A stretch of DNA of 62,710 nt, filler included, from Globobulimina sp. (GCA_003354225.1; 12 parts of 12 records of this genome joined end to end with filler, not necessarily neighbours in it); one strand, 5' to 3'; positions 44,483 through 58,310 are shown, counted from the whole stretch's first letter. Notes: generated by a model not told the origin, from the sequence alone. Translations and numbers: made by a program.

Positions 44483-45856
44483 CTACCAATATGGAGTGAA
44501 TTGCGTATTTCCTATCATTATGCGTGGATGTTTATCAATAAACCATATGAGACGCTGAAGAGAGTCATTATAGAATGCTTTTATAGTATTTGACACATTT
44601 AAATCGAGTACATCCATAATATCTGGTGCGTATTTCCTCAGTTCTTTGTTTACTTTGTTACCTATAAACTTATTCGAATGCTTTTTTATTTTATTCCTTG
44701 TAATCATTCCTTTTTTATAACATTCGTTTAAATCCATTTCATATCCAATCATCCAACACATTAATCGTTTGATATATTGATCGCTTACACTTTCACTATC
44801 AAATACATTCTCAATTTGTATTATCCTAAATCTATCCGCAAATTCAATCGATTTATGTCCATTCAACGCATTGATTGCGTTCCATTCATGATACCATAAT
44901 AATATCAAAGCATAATGACAACTTTGCACAAAGACATGACTGTAATAATGCAATATATCCGACGTTCTTTTCATTAATAATTCAATTGTTTTTATTTCTT
45001 CAATATCGTCATTATTTGCATTATTTATGTTTTTATCAATCTTTATTCCATTCATTAGTTCATCAAATATCGGTAACTCATTTTGTATTTGAAATAATAA
45101 GAAATTATTTAAATATCGAGCCATTAACATGATGTCTTGGACATTATCTCGCTGTAAATAATAATTCTCATTTCTTATAAGTAAACATTGCATTGTTAAG
45201 TGGTGAGAACATCCTTCTGTCCGCATCCATAAATGTGACCATAATTGTTTTACTGGATTACGCAGAACAATATAAAAATAAACATCGTATTTATGTCCAT
45301 AGAAAGCTAATAGATTTGCAGCGTGGTAATGATCAAAGTAAGTGGCAGTCTTCTCTCCCATGATCCATATTTTGTTTGTTGGCCTATATTGCAATGGATC
45401 TGTTGCTTGACTGCGTGACAATGTATTTAAATATCCATTAAATGTACAATTTGTGCATTGTTCAAAATAATGAGTTTCTTCCCATTTAAATACAAAATGA
45501 TAGGTAGAATTTAAATTATTTCTCTCCCAAAATCTTGTATTTCGTAAAAGCAACGAATGGAAATAAGTGGAACCACATTTAATGCAACCAATACCAACTA
45601 TATTTTTAAAGGATTCAACGTTTTTAATTTGTTCAGGAAGCACAGATTTATCATTGTATTGTGACCATTGTTTAATGGCAGACCCAACGCGATATTTTTG
45701 GGATTTAATGTTATATTCTGTTGTAACGTGAGTTAAAATTCCGTTTATTCCCATAAATAATTCCAAATATAGCATGATACCTAGCATTGCGATAACCCAC
45801 GTAATAATTAGTGCTACCCATACAAATTTAAAATGCTTCGCAAGTCTTTTTGGCAT
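44483..45856 (-). CDS. Golgi type-II membrane sulfotransferase (heparan-sulfate 3-O-ST-like)
   Basis: N-terminal TM; PAPS motifs IGCIKCGSTY, ETHYF, GEKTATYF, LRNPV..WSH. Confidence 0.85.
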   Translation of the reverse strand: MPKRLAKHFKFVWVALIITWVIAMLGIMLYLELFMGINGILTHVTTEYNIKSQKYRVGSAIKQWSQYNDKSVLPEQIKNVESFKNIVGIGCIKCGSTYFHSLLLRNTRFWERNNLNSTYHFVFKWEETHYFEQCTNCTFNGYLNTLSRSQATDPLQYRPTNKIWIMGEKTATYFDHYHAANLLAFYGHKYDVYFYIVLRNPVKQLWSHLWMRTEGCSHHLTMQCLLIRNENYYLQRDNVQDIMLMARYLNNFLLFQIQNELPIFDELMNGIKIDKNINNANNDDIEEIKTIELLMKRTSDILHYYSHVFVQSCHYALILLWYHEWNAINALNGHKSIEFADRFRIIQIENVFDSESVSDQYIKRLMCWMIGYEMDLNECYKKGMITRNKIKKHSNKFIGNKVNKELRKYAPDIMDVLDLNVSNTIKAFYNDSLQRLIWFIDKHPRIMIGNTQFTPYW

Positions 45857-46051
45857 TGTAGTATAATATTGTACAATTTAGTTGACTTGGGTTGACTCAA
45901 GAAACTCTCTACTTAAAAGTCAGTAAACTATCAACCAAATTCACTCAAAAACAGGGAAACGAGTCACTCCGAAAATTTACAATTGAGACACGTTTCAGAA
46001 CAAGATTAGATTTAACAATTTATTGTCATTATTTAATTAGTTATATTTATT

Positions 46052-46768
46052 TTATTTGTTTGTATTGCTAGCGCTTGTCATAACAGGTAAAGATTGCTTC
46101 AATATCGCCAATGCCGTAGCTAATGGAATATTCTGTAGGTGGAGCGACACAGTGCCATCCAAGTTGGGGCTTAAACTCACATTCATGCGATTAGTATTGT
46201 TGCTGTTGACAACTCCGACTCTCTGAATTGGCGAAAATCTTTGCTGGGATACATTATGCGTTTGAATATGACTACCTTTATATCCCCCAATTGTGTTCAT
46301 TATATTATTGTTATTAACAGTTGTATTTAGTATCGGCGCCGGGAATCCAAGACTTGACATTATGTTTTGATTGCTATTATTTTGCACAGAAGAGTTAGAG
46401 AATATGTTTGTTAATAATGGATTATTATTATTATTATTGGTGTTATTATGATTTATTGCCATTAATTGACCAAGTTTTAAATATGCTGTATTTGTGTTTG
46501 TATTTGTATTTGTTGCAATTGTTGGATTAATGAATGCGTTGAGTTGTGATGTTGACTGATAATTATTAGTATTCTTTTGTTGTTGTTGTTGTTTGTGATT
46601 GCTGTTACAATCAATATTTGGTAATACTGCCAATAATGAATTTTGAGAGTTGTTGTTATTATTATTTGAATTTTCGTTTGTTGTGAATGATGTGTTTGTG
46701 CTCATATTATTTCTCTGAATTTCTGCGTTGGTTGATACTTCATTGTGATCCTTCTTATTTTCTGCCAT
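46052..46768 (-). CDS. Asn/Gln-rich low-complexity protein
   Basis: 238-aa ORF with poly-N/Q tracts and a short ordered C-terminal motif. Confidence 0.45.
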   Translation of the reverse strand: MAENKKDHNEVSTNAEIQRNNMSTNTSFTTNENSNNNNNNSQNSLLAVLPNIDCNSNHKQQQQQKNTNNYQSTSQLNAFINPTIATNTNTNTNTAYLKLGQLMAINHNNTNNNNNNPLLTNIFSNSSVQNNSNQNIMSSLGFPAPILNTTVNNNNIMNTIGGYKGSHIQTHNVSQQRFSPIQRVGVVNSNNTNRMNVSLSPNLDGTVSLHLQNIPLATALAILKQSLPVMTSASNTNK

Positions 46769-47443
46769 CTAATTACGGAATGATTTGCTTTGTTTTTTTT
46801 GATGAAAAAATAAAATTATATTCGCACATTACATGAATTCGAAATTTAAATATACAAAACTATAACAAAAGATATGCAGTTCCACAAAACAGATTACAGC
46901 CAAGATATATGAATGCTGTTTTATTCTAAACAAGAAGGACGTCGTTATGACGAACAAAAAATGGTAAATGTTTAGATGCAAAAATAAAACTTAACTGAAT
47001 GATATATTCATATAGATCACCCCCCCACCANNNNNNNNNNNNNNNNNNNNNNNNNNNNNNNNNNNNNNNNNNNNTTAATTAATTAANNNNNNNNNNNNNN
47101 NNNNNNNNNNNNNNNNNNNNNNNNNNNNNNCTAGATAACCTTGTTTGGTGATGACAGGATCTGCCATCACTTTTTTTGTTATTTTTGCTACTCACTTGAG
47201 TTATTATTTAAATCATGGAAAACAGCTAGGCGCAACTGACATGAATTAATAGTGTGTTGACAGTGTTGTCAAATACATATATATCATACGGAGTTATATG
47301 CGAAGTGATATAACTCCAGTTATACCATCCAATATAATACTAAATCCATAATCCGAATATATGGATGATGTCATATGGATTCATAATGCGAGCGAATCAG
47401 AGAAACGAAATACTCGCTCCTTTCATATAATAATTTTTTTAGA

Positions 47444-49054
47444 ATGAAAAGAGCTTTTTCTACATTAGTGAGAGTCAGTCACTCAAAAACTACTTCCTTC
47501 CCCTCACATAAACACACAAACAAAACAAACACAACAACAAAAAGAGAAATTAAATACATCTTTAGGCGAATATCGACGATGACACAGCAGAATGAAAGCG
47601 ATAGCAATGCAAATAACACCAATTCAAACGATCCGGAGCCTGAATCGTATGATCAGGACAAAGTATACATTGAAGAGAAAGTAGGCGCAAAATGGCCACA
47701 AATACGGACCATCGCAGACCCCGACTTATTATTGGTTTATTATGAGAAATTAGACGCATATTATCAGCAGATATTTACGAGAGAGATCAAGGTGCAGCAG
47801 ATGAGATTGATTCGTGATGGCCTGAAACAAAGGACCGCCCATCAACAACAACAACAAACGCAACAGCAACAGCAGCAGCAACCCATTATGCCGCAGCAAG
47901 TACAGCAAATGGTCGACGATCAGACCAATCAAGGAATGAGAGTTTAGTAAACCACCTTTATTTCTTCACAACACCGCCTATAAAAAACGAAAAGCACATC
48001 AATGAATACCACGCGTCAAATCCGTTTAAGCATTTTTAGCTTTAAAAAATCACGGATGACGTCAATGCAACTCACCCACAAAAAGATGGTAACATCGGTG
48101 GTCGAAAAGGTTGGTGGAATGATCGAATCCCTTTCGGGCGCAATGCAGAGCCAAGGGAATGAAATCCAGAGAGCGACAAAGTCGCTGTCTTCTTATAATC
48201 ATTATAAAATGCAGACGGCTAAAATGCATCAGATAAATGTGGTGGAATTGTACCGTATGGCAGCGATAATCCATACGTTCGTAAATTGTGTGCCGGCATT
48301 TAGAATGAATAGGGCGCGATGCGTCATTTTAAACAAAGGCATCAAATCGCAAGAAGAGCGAATGCCATTCGATGAAAAGGCACCGGGTTTCTGCCTAATA
48401 GCGATTTTAGCGGCGATGGAAGCCATTTATCCAACAGCAAAGAGGGAGACTTTAAAGAGGGAAACCTAGGGAATATTGGCAGATTTGGAGGCTATACCGC
48501 TGAATGAGAGAGATCAAAATATAGAGCGGATGATAAGCAATGTCAAAAGACACATAGTCGCAGCCCTGAGATTTGAAGACTTATTGCAAACAATTGCATG
48601 GATTGCAGAGAGGCAATTTTTATTATTAAGCGATGCAAAGCATAAAACGCAGCAAGTCGTCCATAGAATTGTGGTACAGACAGACGCTGAAACGGAGCAA
48701 AAATTGGACAATCAACCGCCAATTTTGATGATGCCACTGATCCGGACCCTGAATTACGATAAAATTGACCAGGTAACAATGGATAGCATAATGGCGACAA
48801 TGCAGGCAAAGAAAGATGAGACACGGAAAAGAAAGCGATGCTTTTTTGATTTGAAAGGGGAGTGTTACAACTTTCTGTGGGAAGGCCATTGCAATAAAGG
48901 CCTACATTTAAACGGCACAACCGGACAAAATAAACATTTGCCGCATCCGTTAGCTGAACGGAGACAAAAACGGAATGATAACAATGCGCCGCGGAATAAT
49001 CCCAATGCCAATAATTCAAATTGGAACAATGGCCGGAAACAAAATAGACAATGA
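47444..49054 (+). pseudogene. gag-like region of the DIRS element (disrupted)
   Basis: Three same-frame ORFs separated by stops; C-terminal CYNF..GHC..H zinc finger and Asn-rich tail. Confidence 0.55.
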
Positions 49055-49372
49055 AATGAAAAGAGTTTTCTAAGCAAAGGGGGGCAAACGGGCAACCTCA
49101 GTACACTGAAAAACAAAAAACAACAACAAATTCTTTATTTTTTACAATTTATTCTTGCGTTATTTGACATGTAATTTGCGGAATACCTCTTTTTTCTGTA
49201 TTAAAGCAAATTACATCTATTCTTTTTATGTGAGTTTGCCAGTTTATATATGCAAATACTTTATTTTTTATCATCATCTTTAATATATTTAATTTTAACG
49301 TCGCATTCTGAAAAATATAAATAGGAGCAAACATATAAGGATAGTCACCCAAAAGTCCGAAAGAACAAAAAA

Positions 49373-51274
49373 ATGAGAGAAATTTATAAAAAATGGAAAA
49401 ACGCGAAAGTACCAAAATTACCGCCGATTTGGGAGCTGCCAGCGAGCAGATTTATACATGCAATGAATACATTGCCGGACGGAAAAACAGGAAAAAGAGG
49501 TTTTCCAAACAAAAAAGACCAAAAAACAATGGAAAACTTACTCAAAGAAGGCGCGACAATTACCGCCAACACACAAACAAATATCGAAACCGGCAACGAA
49601 GTCGAATACCCTCTCACAGTCGATCAGCATATAAAAAAGTGCGAGATCATACAAAAACGAATTGGAACAAATGCAGTCTGGGGACCGCATCACAAAGACA
49701 ATATGCCAGAGGGATATGAAGATTATCACATAAACCCTGTATTTATCAAAGATGACACGCCGTTCGACCATTTATTGACAGGCGCGGCAAAGAAAGAGAG
49801 AGTCATTGTGGATTGCTCAAAGACAGAAACCCCCGGATTTGCGCCAAACGATAACATATTAGAAACAGAAAAATCATGCGAATATATTACGATTAAAAAT
49901 ATTGTACAATTGATTGTAGCGACGAATATCCAATGGATGGTGGCCGCGGACGCTCAAAACGCGTTTAACTGAGTCCCAATACATAAGAGATTCATGAAAT
50001 GGTTTGGAATGAGAGTCGGGGACTGGATATTTTTGTGGACGGCGCTAGTTTTGGGAGTGGCGTCAAGCTGTAACATCTACGCATTATTCGCAGGCACCGT
50101 GGCGTGGATAATTGCGAATTCCTTCCAATATTTATTCTTCATCGCCGAGGTTTGCATCTTAAAGAATTATTTAGACGATTTTTTTGCCGGTCACCACAGT
50201 GAAAGGATGGCCTGGCAGCAATACCATGCAATAAAATGGATGTTTAACTGGCTGGGTATCCCTACGCAGCAAAGGAAGATGATACCGCCAACGCAGATAT
50301 TAATATTGATTGGCTTTATTATTAATTGTATAACACAGTCATTATCAATCCCGAGAGCCAAAATAGCAAAGACCTCGGTAAAGGGGCAAATTTTATTGAA
50401 TTTGCATACGCAGAAAAGGAATGCCACGGCATCACAAATAACTTCATTTGTAGGCATATCAAGGCATGTTTCGTATATACGTATACATTACTATATAATC
50501 CCTGCTTTACGGCGTTTGGAGGAAGCCGTAGCAAAAAAGGAGCCGAACGACCCGGTCAGGGTTACAGTGGAAATGGCGAGAGATATAAAAGTGATACTGG
50601 ATCCAATAAAAGATCCAACAAAAAACTCAATCCCTTTCAGATGGTTATTGTACGACAAATCCAGCGCAGATATTACCATTGAAACAGATGCATCGGGAAA
50701 AATCGGATTGGGTGGGATTGTAATGCATGAAAATGCATTATTCTATGCAACTTTTTACAATGAATTGGAGGATTGGAATGACGCGAACCCGCCGGACATT
50801 GTCTATTTAGAGCTGTTAGCAATCTATGTTATGCTAAAAATAACGTCAGAGAATTGGAATGGAAAAGCATTATTATTGCTTTGTGATAATGCAGCGGTCT
50901 GCGCCATTGTGGCCAAAAAGTCCGCATGCTTTTACCGCAAGGACTTGCAAGAATTATTACGCAGAATTTGTATGCTATGCAACGTCTACTGCTACTATTT
51001 ATGGATAAGATGGATAGCAACGGACGACAATCCAAGGGCCGATGGACTGTCCCGGGGCTATAGAAACCCATTGAAAACATGTAACAATCAATGGGAATTT
51101 ACAAATCTATCATTGAAAGCAAAGCAAGCAGCAAATGAAGGAATGCAAATCTATAATGAAGCAAGGAAACGAATGGGAACTAGAAAGATAAAAGGAAAGA
51201 ATTGCAATTGTAAAAGGGAGATAACATGTAAACAACAAGGAACATATACAAAATGGAAATCAAACAGACGATAA
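49373..51274 (+). pseudogene. DIRS-type RT + RNase H with in-frame TGA at 49970-49972
   Basis: RVIVDCS, DAQNAFN*VPI, LVLGVASS, YLDD; RNase H ETDASG, LELLAI, CDNAAV, NPRADGLSR. Confidence 0.9.
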
Positions 51275-51433
51275 AAATATGACTCACAATACTGCTTATT
51301 TAATTTTTTTTTGTTTGTTGCGTTTGAACGCCGCACTTCTCAAAAAAACTAACTAACAAAAACTCATTTTACAAACAAAAAGATTCCCTCGAACAGAAAG
51401 AGGAAAACGAGAGCAAACTTCGAACCGCGCAGA

Positions 51434-52005
51434 ATGTCGAGATTGGAATTTGAGAAACATAAACAATTCAATTGGCAGCACAGACACGCAAATAACACCA
51501 ACGACCAATATACATCGGTCGAGAAGTATTGGATGATATATAATAGATTGCACAACAAATCAGTAACAGCATTTGATGAGAATAACATAATCGAATATAT
51601 GATCTGGAATAGAGCATGCAAAAAGAAGTTCGGATGGACCGCAATCCATTCCCATCAGAATGGAATCAGAGACATTGCATTGAAGTACAATAAAGTGATA
51701 AATACAACGAAAGCAGCCATGCCAAACCTGCACAATTATAAAATCGCACAAAAGCGATTGAATCCAGGCAAGGGCTGATCGAAAGCAATTGACCGCCATA
51801 TGCTATACCAATGGATAGAGAATATAAAAAAAGATGAAACCATGAATAAAGTATCAAAGTTATCATGGATTGGAATACTAACATTAGCCTTCACAGAAAT
51901 GAAAAGAATCAGTGAATATACAAAAAAGAACCAAATTGAAGCCGATATAAACTACGAAGCATTGCAATTTGAATACAATTTAAGCACAAAAAAATGGGCT
52001 CATTT
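51434..52005 (+). pseudogene. Tyrosine recombinase N-terminal part, in-frame TGA at 51776-51778, truncated
   Basis: SAM-like N-terminal domain, then LTLAFTEMKRISEY (AFxxxxRxSE catalytic Arg box). Confidence 0.7.
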
Positions 52006-52357
52006 ATTGCGGATCTGCAATGTGGAGCTTTTGGTGGTGTGGAACAGCTTTGTGGAGGTTTTCGAACTGCGCCTCCAAGCGTTTTCATGTTTAACATTAA
52101 ATGCTCGACATGGAAAACTTTACCTCTGTAATGTCGAGCATGCAGTCATCTCCTCGTTCGTCTGAAAGCGAGCCGCAAAGTCAGTCATTGGATGATTGCG
52201 AATTACAAATGCAATCTCAATCCAATACACAGTCCTCAAACTCCTGCCTAGCTCAAGNNNNNNNNNNNNNNNNNNNNNNNNNNNNNNNNNNNNNNNNNNN
52301 NTTAATTAATTAANNNNNNNNNNNNNNNNNNNNNNNNNNNNNNNNNNNNNNNNNNNN

Positions 52358-55300
52358 TTTTATAACAAGGACAACATTTAAAATATTTTTTCAAATCTCC
52401 AGTATCATTTTCTGGCCCAGCAACAGCACAAATAGACGTAAAAAAGCACATAGCCCAAAATATAGACATAGCCACAGTGGATATCATCAAAATGCCCATT
52501 TTATAAAAGAATACAATGGCAGGGAAGACTAGAAACAGTCCAGAAGCAAATGTGGTTATCGCACCTGAACAGACAGAGATGCCCATCGTCAACAATGCAA
52601 AGGATAATCTTTCCTCTCTTTTGCTTTGCGATGATTCTAAATATGCATTTGCTAAATGAACCACATAATCTGTACATGTCATATATATAATGCAAATACA
52701 CAAAAACAATGAAAACAAAAGCATACCAACACTGAAACCAATAATAATAACAATTGCCACACATTCACTCACTCCAAATTTCCATCCCATTAGTTGCATA
52801 ATTGATAATTCACAAAGCATTATACCGACGATATCAAACACTGCAAACAGTGAAATAATCCAATTTTGCGTACTCAGCAGCAATATAATAAAAGCCAACG
52901 GCATCGCAATAATCACGCCCTGCACACCAGACCTAACAAAGGCTTGTTGCGTCACCAGCCAACACCATCGCAATGCCACATTTTGTACAGAGCCGCACAG
53001 AGATTCTGGACAATCACTATGCACACCGCTAAAATCTGCAATATATTCATCCCATTTTGTCCTCTCATCACGCGATACATCGCTTGCTTCGTTCCATGTT
53101 ATCGCTGTATAAATGTCCATTGCATAAAACCTCACAGCATAATCATCGGATTTATCCACAAACGTCAACGCCGCGGAGTTGACCCCATACTCTGAACTCA
53201 AAAAATCTGAATAAGTTTCTCCAAATGTTTCTGTGTTTTTATACGGGAAAGTCTCGCCAATGGATTGCAAATAAAATTGAAAGTCCTCAATCGGGCACGT
53301 TACGGACGTGTTGCGTGTCGTTAACAGCTCGGCCGAGTATACCAATGATGAATTGCGAGTATCCAGGCATACCTTTAACAAATATTCCTGCGCTTTGGGT
53401 GAGGACATTGAAAATGCCGCATCCCATACTACTTTGCCGTAATTTTCCGGGTCCCATTTACTGAAACCGCGCCGATCGACGCCCTCAATGCCAAAAGTGA
53501 GCACTAACTGTACTAAGTTGTCTGTCTCAGAAGCGCTGAACTCTGAGGCGCGATCTTGAGCTTTCTGCATAAAGTGTTCATCTGCGAACCATTTCTCATC
53601 CTCAGATTGTGCCTCCATTTGGGAGCCCACAATAGCTGCGCCGATAAAGAGTACAGCAAAGAATGTGACTGAGCACCATTTAAATTGAATGATCCATTTC
53701 CACCATCTGCGACCTAGAAATGTCTCAACACAGCGATATCCTTCGCCTCCTGTACTGCCCGCATCCTCCGATAATTGCCGAGATATTTCAGGCATCATAT
53801 CACCGCCATCCATGTCACCAAACTTGGCCTCGCTGCTATTGGTACTATTTGCACTGACTTCAATATCACTTTTTTTACACAAACTGCAGAGGAAACATAG
53901 ACATAACGACTCATATTTCTTTAGATATTTATGGTGTATGAATAAGATGGCTGGATACATGGTGATGACCAATATATAGTTCATAGCTACGATCGTGGCG
54001 GCCCATATACCAAAGCCGCTGATGGGCATTATAACGGACGTCGCCGTGGCTAAGAATGCGAAAAAAGTGGTTATTTGTGTGACAAACATTGCTTTGGAAG
54101 CTCTTCTGAATGTAAAACTCATTCGTAATATGTTTATTTGTCGATTGTGATCCTCGCAATTGCAAAAGGAGCAGCAAACACATTTTCCGGTATAAAAAGT
54201 AGTGGATAAACGGCTGTGCTTCGCAATGAAATTGACACTCTGCGACCATGCATCAGTAAAAACAAAGACATCGTCTGCGCCCACACCCAATAATACGAAT
54301 ATAATCAGCGAAGACAACGTATCATAATGAGTTATCCCAAAAACTAGCCTATAAAAGAAATATGCCAAAGGGAAGGACATCAATATCTGAAATAAAGCAC
54401 AGACGGCCAAGAAAATACTGCTTAAATGAATAGACATATAAACTAAGACAATAACGATGGAGAATATTAAATAATACATCGACTCGTTCAATAATACACC
54501 AAAGTAATCGTCAAACACAATCCATGAAACTGTCAATATCTTCAAATTGCCGTCGGTGAGGTCGCCGTTATGGTCCACAGTGATATCTTTCCATAATTTG
54601 GAAGCCCATTCAATATAATCTTGTTCCTGTTGTACGGCATTATCTAATGCATTTTTATAAGTCGTGTAATGAATGTTTGTTCCATTGATGGTTTCCTGTG
54701 TAGTGGCAATGGGCAATCCCGCTGCGAAAAAGGAGCGATAAATGTATGATTGTCCAGTCTCTGCCACTTCTGCATTGAAGAAAAAGCTGATCGAATCGAT
54801 GCGATCGTAGACCCACTCCCTTATATCCTCCGTGGTCATCGATGAATAATTGGCATCGTTGTATATCATCCTCGCGGCTGACTGTATGGCGAAAGCACAG
54901 GAATAGTTTGAATATATCGGGTTTGGCCCGGCGTAACAAAATCTATCCTTCCACTTGGCATCATTGACAATCATGTTTTCGTATTTTATAATCGTTTCTA
55001 TATTGTCAGGGGTCAATATCCAATAATCGGTGCTATCTGTGATTTGCGCATAGTCCTTCAGTTGGAACATATGTTGATATAACCAAAAATCGTCCATTTG
55101 GGTCTGTGGCAAAAATGTATCATTCGTGGCTGCGTTGTCTGCAATGAATTGTGCGGCCAAATTGTATGAATCAAAGGAGTCGACGTAGTGATTGCCTTCG
55201 ACGAGAAAGGTACGAGTCCCTTGGTCGGATAATTCAAAATAGGCATAGTCTATAAATATGATTATAAATAATAGCATCATTATGATAAAGCATAACAGAA

Positions 55301-55376
55301 ACGGGCATTCGATGATAAATTTCCCAAACCATAATTCCTGCAATAATTTGTCTTCCACTTTATGGCTTTGCATCAT
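52358..55376 (-). CDS. Dispatched/Patched-family RND sterol-sensing transporter; intron 52670-52726
   Basis: GVGADDVFVF in TM4; GFSV|DYVVHLA is restored by removing a 57-bp GT-AG intron; 12-TM layout. Confidence 0.9.
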
Positions 55377-55615
55377 TTCTTGTGATGTTGTTTGTGAATG
55401 AAGACTATGCTTTTTATCCTTTGGAGCAGGTTTTATTGTAATTTCGTGTACCTTTTTTATTTTTTTTTAGTGTTTTTTGCTTGGAAAACAAAAGGAAACT
55501 CAACAAACCGCATCTTGATTTGGTGTCTCCTTTTTGTCATAGGATTGGCCGAGTGCTGAAGTTGCCATTTCCCCTCTTCACTTAAATCAAAAACTCAAAC
55601 TTAGCGTGTTGGACA

Positions 55616-57484
55616 ATGCCAAAAGATAAGAAAACGACAAATTCGGGTAAAATCCCATTAATTTGCAAGAAGACAGGAACCAAAGTAGATGATATTGTGC
55701 ATAGATTATTAATACATGGCAACGATGACGATATGGATGTGCAAAATGAGATATTTCAATCCCTATCCATCATAGGCAAAGTCCAATCATTATTTGTAGT
55801 GACACAAGCAGTTGATTTTATAAATAGCACTTCCAGTATAAAAACATCGCACAGGGCACGCATTATCCAATTAACCGCCTCCTTAATCAGTGAGCAGACG
55901 TGCGGTGACAATAAAGATGAATTATTAGAAGGCGAGTTATCCGCTCATGTAATACGGTTTGCGACGCAACAAATGACATTAATGAAAAATCAGCCGCAAG
56001 TACAAAACAACGCAGTCAAATTATTAGTCGCCTTATCCTATCAACATTGCGAACCGGTCGTTGATTCCATATTAAATTATTTCAAAACTGGTGCCATTCC
56101 ATCCTATTACGTATTAAAATCATTAGCCGACACTGCGAAATCAAATCCAATCCCTTTCACCCTCAAATTATCCGAAATATTTACCAAAATCACCCCCATC
56201 TTAGCTATGGTGAAAAAACCGGATCATATTCAAATATTTACCCTTGGTATGTACTGCAAATATACATATAATTCATGTGCAAGGATACCTATATAAATAT
56301 AAATAGCATTGGGCCGATTCGCAGAAGCAATCCTAAAATATCAGGAAGAGAAAGAAGAAGAAATATTGCGCCTAAACGACGAGAAGAACGAAGAGAAAAA
56401 CAACCCCTTTGCCGAGGAGATGAAAGAAGAAAAACAAAAACAAACCCCGTCGTATGAGACCGTCGAATTTGCCACGAACTGCGCCGCCGCCTTCGACGTA
56501 GTGTTCACAAATTGGCGCAAACAAAACAATGTCACTATAAAATTAGCCGTGGCCGAATCCATCGGGCTGTTGACCGAAGTCATGAGTCGCAAGAAATTTG
56601 CGTCCAAATTCATCGAAATCTTAACCTATTTCGCCTTGGCCCTAAAAGCAGCACAATCCAATGTGGCGAACCAGCCGCCTTTAACCCGCGGCATGTGCAG
56701 CGTATTGAAGGTGATGCATCGCGACGACTTATCTGAGCACATTGACGACATCGAGAAGCAACTACAAATCGCCATGGATGTATTGCATCCGTTATGCGGT
56801 AGGACTATAAACTACGACAACCAGAAGCAAGTCCGCAACCACACCAACATCTTAATGTCGTTTGAATATATGGCTCGCAGCCGTTTGACGCAGACGTTGA
56901 CGTATTTACTGTCCAAGTTCCAGACCAAAGGCAACAGCAAATCGCAGTTATCCTCGCTATTGATCCTGAAACATTTGGTCAACGGCATAGATAATCGGTT
57001 ACATGCGGTGAAAGAGCAGATATTGTCCTCTTGTTTGCAGTTAATGGACGCCGCGAATATGGATGTTCGCAAAGCGTTTATTCAGCTCATTATGGCCATG
57101 GCGGATCAGAACTATTTGGGTTTGGAAGGTGGCTCGGAAATGATCTCCTTTTTGGTGAAAATGTGCAGTGTCAAAGAGCTCAAATCCGGCGCTGACCACA
57201 TATTGCATGTGATTGCCAGCAAAGTGCACTCCTCGCATCGAGTGCTCTGGCCGTATTTATTCGAATTGATATTGCCGAATAAGAACCAATTAGCAATTGG
57301 CAGCATCGCACGCGTATTGTCGCTCATCGCGCGACAGAAAAAACAGAACAACGAAGCCGATATTGAGATAAAATGGCATAAGGATGTGAATCTACCGCAT
57401 CCCGGCGAGATATTGATTAAATTGTTCGTGTTGTTACACAAACCGTATTTGAATAAGAATTACGGCGAATATATCTGCGCTTTG
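55616..57484 (+). CDS. MROH1: Maestro HEAT-like repeat protein (MROH1/HEATR7A-like), truncated; intron 56247-56306
   Basis: PSYYVLKSLAD..NP, ALGRFAEAI..Y, AMADQNYLGLEGG, VLWPYLFE, LPHPGEILIKL. Confidence 0.8.
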
Positions 57485-57584
57485 NNNNNNNNNNNNNNNN
57501 NNNNNNNNNNNNNNNNNNNNNNNNNNNNTTAATTAATTAANNNNNNNNNNNNNNNNNNNNNNNNNNNNNNNNNNNNNNNNNNNN

Positions 57585-57950
57585 AATTAGTTCTTTTGAA
57601 ACTAAATAATGTCCGTTTAGTACACTCCAATGTAATGACGACCAGCCTGCACTGTCTGTATTATCTAAAATATCTGTATTATGAAATAATAAATATTGCA
57701 CAATCTCAAAATCTCCTTTGTGTGTTTTTATTTGTTGCTTTTATTTGTGAGAAAACACAATAATGCAAATTATTAAACCTTGTTTGGCAGAAATCATTAA
57801 TGGCTGGAGACCCAATTCGTTATTACAATCTAATGCTACTTTTTTATCATCCACCAATTGTGCAATTAGGTTTTTCTCACCATTTGAACATGCACGAAGT
57901 AATTCTGATTCAAGGAGCTTTTTCATTCGATCTTCAAAAGGTTGCGACAT
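57585..57950 (-). CDS. Ankyrin-repeat protein N-terminus (intron-containing, truncated)
   Basis: LLRACSNG, GLQPLMISAKQG, downstream GWSSLHW. Confidence 0.65.
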
Positions 57951-58310
57951 TCTTTAAAATACCAAATCAAAGCGACAAAATCGTTCACGTTTTTTTAATT
58001 CTTGCAGCACACTTCATATATAAATATCACTGCAGCATCGATGAGTCACAAATCGTTTTTATTTTTAAAATCTGTATTATCACACATTCACACTTAGATT
58101 AGATTAGATTAGATGTCAGTTTGTTAATAGTTTGAGAAATCAACATTGTTTTTTAAGAGATGAGCAAAAACAAAACAAAACAAAACAAAAATAGTAGCGG
58201 TAGCAACAGCAAGACAACAAAGAGGGAAACAAAAACAACGACAATAGAAACAAAAACATCCATAAGTATACAAAAAAAAATAATTGTCTGTAGTTAGCGT
58301 TTAAAATAAT

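Larger units (their letters stand above)
47257..52005 (+). mobile_element. Degenerate DIRS-type tyrosine-recombinase retrotransposon
   Basis: Order is gag-like ORFs, then RT/RNase H, then tyrosine recombinase; in-frame stops throughout. Confidence 0.85.

Noticed and set aside
38341-51274. RT genes as bacterial retron, DGR or group II intron systems
   Set aside because: Domain context (APE, RNase H, gag, tyrosine recombinase) identifies them as eukaryotic LINE and DIRS elements
49970-51778. TGA recoding (alternative genetic code or selenocysteine)
   Set aside because: Host genes end normally at TGA/TAA, and in-frame stops are confined to decayed elements and include TAG
5145-57584. Regularly spaced TTAATTAATTAA palindromes flanked by Ns
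   Set aside because: Artificial contig joiners. Gene adjacency across them has no biological meaning, and ORFs running into X residues are artefacts.
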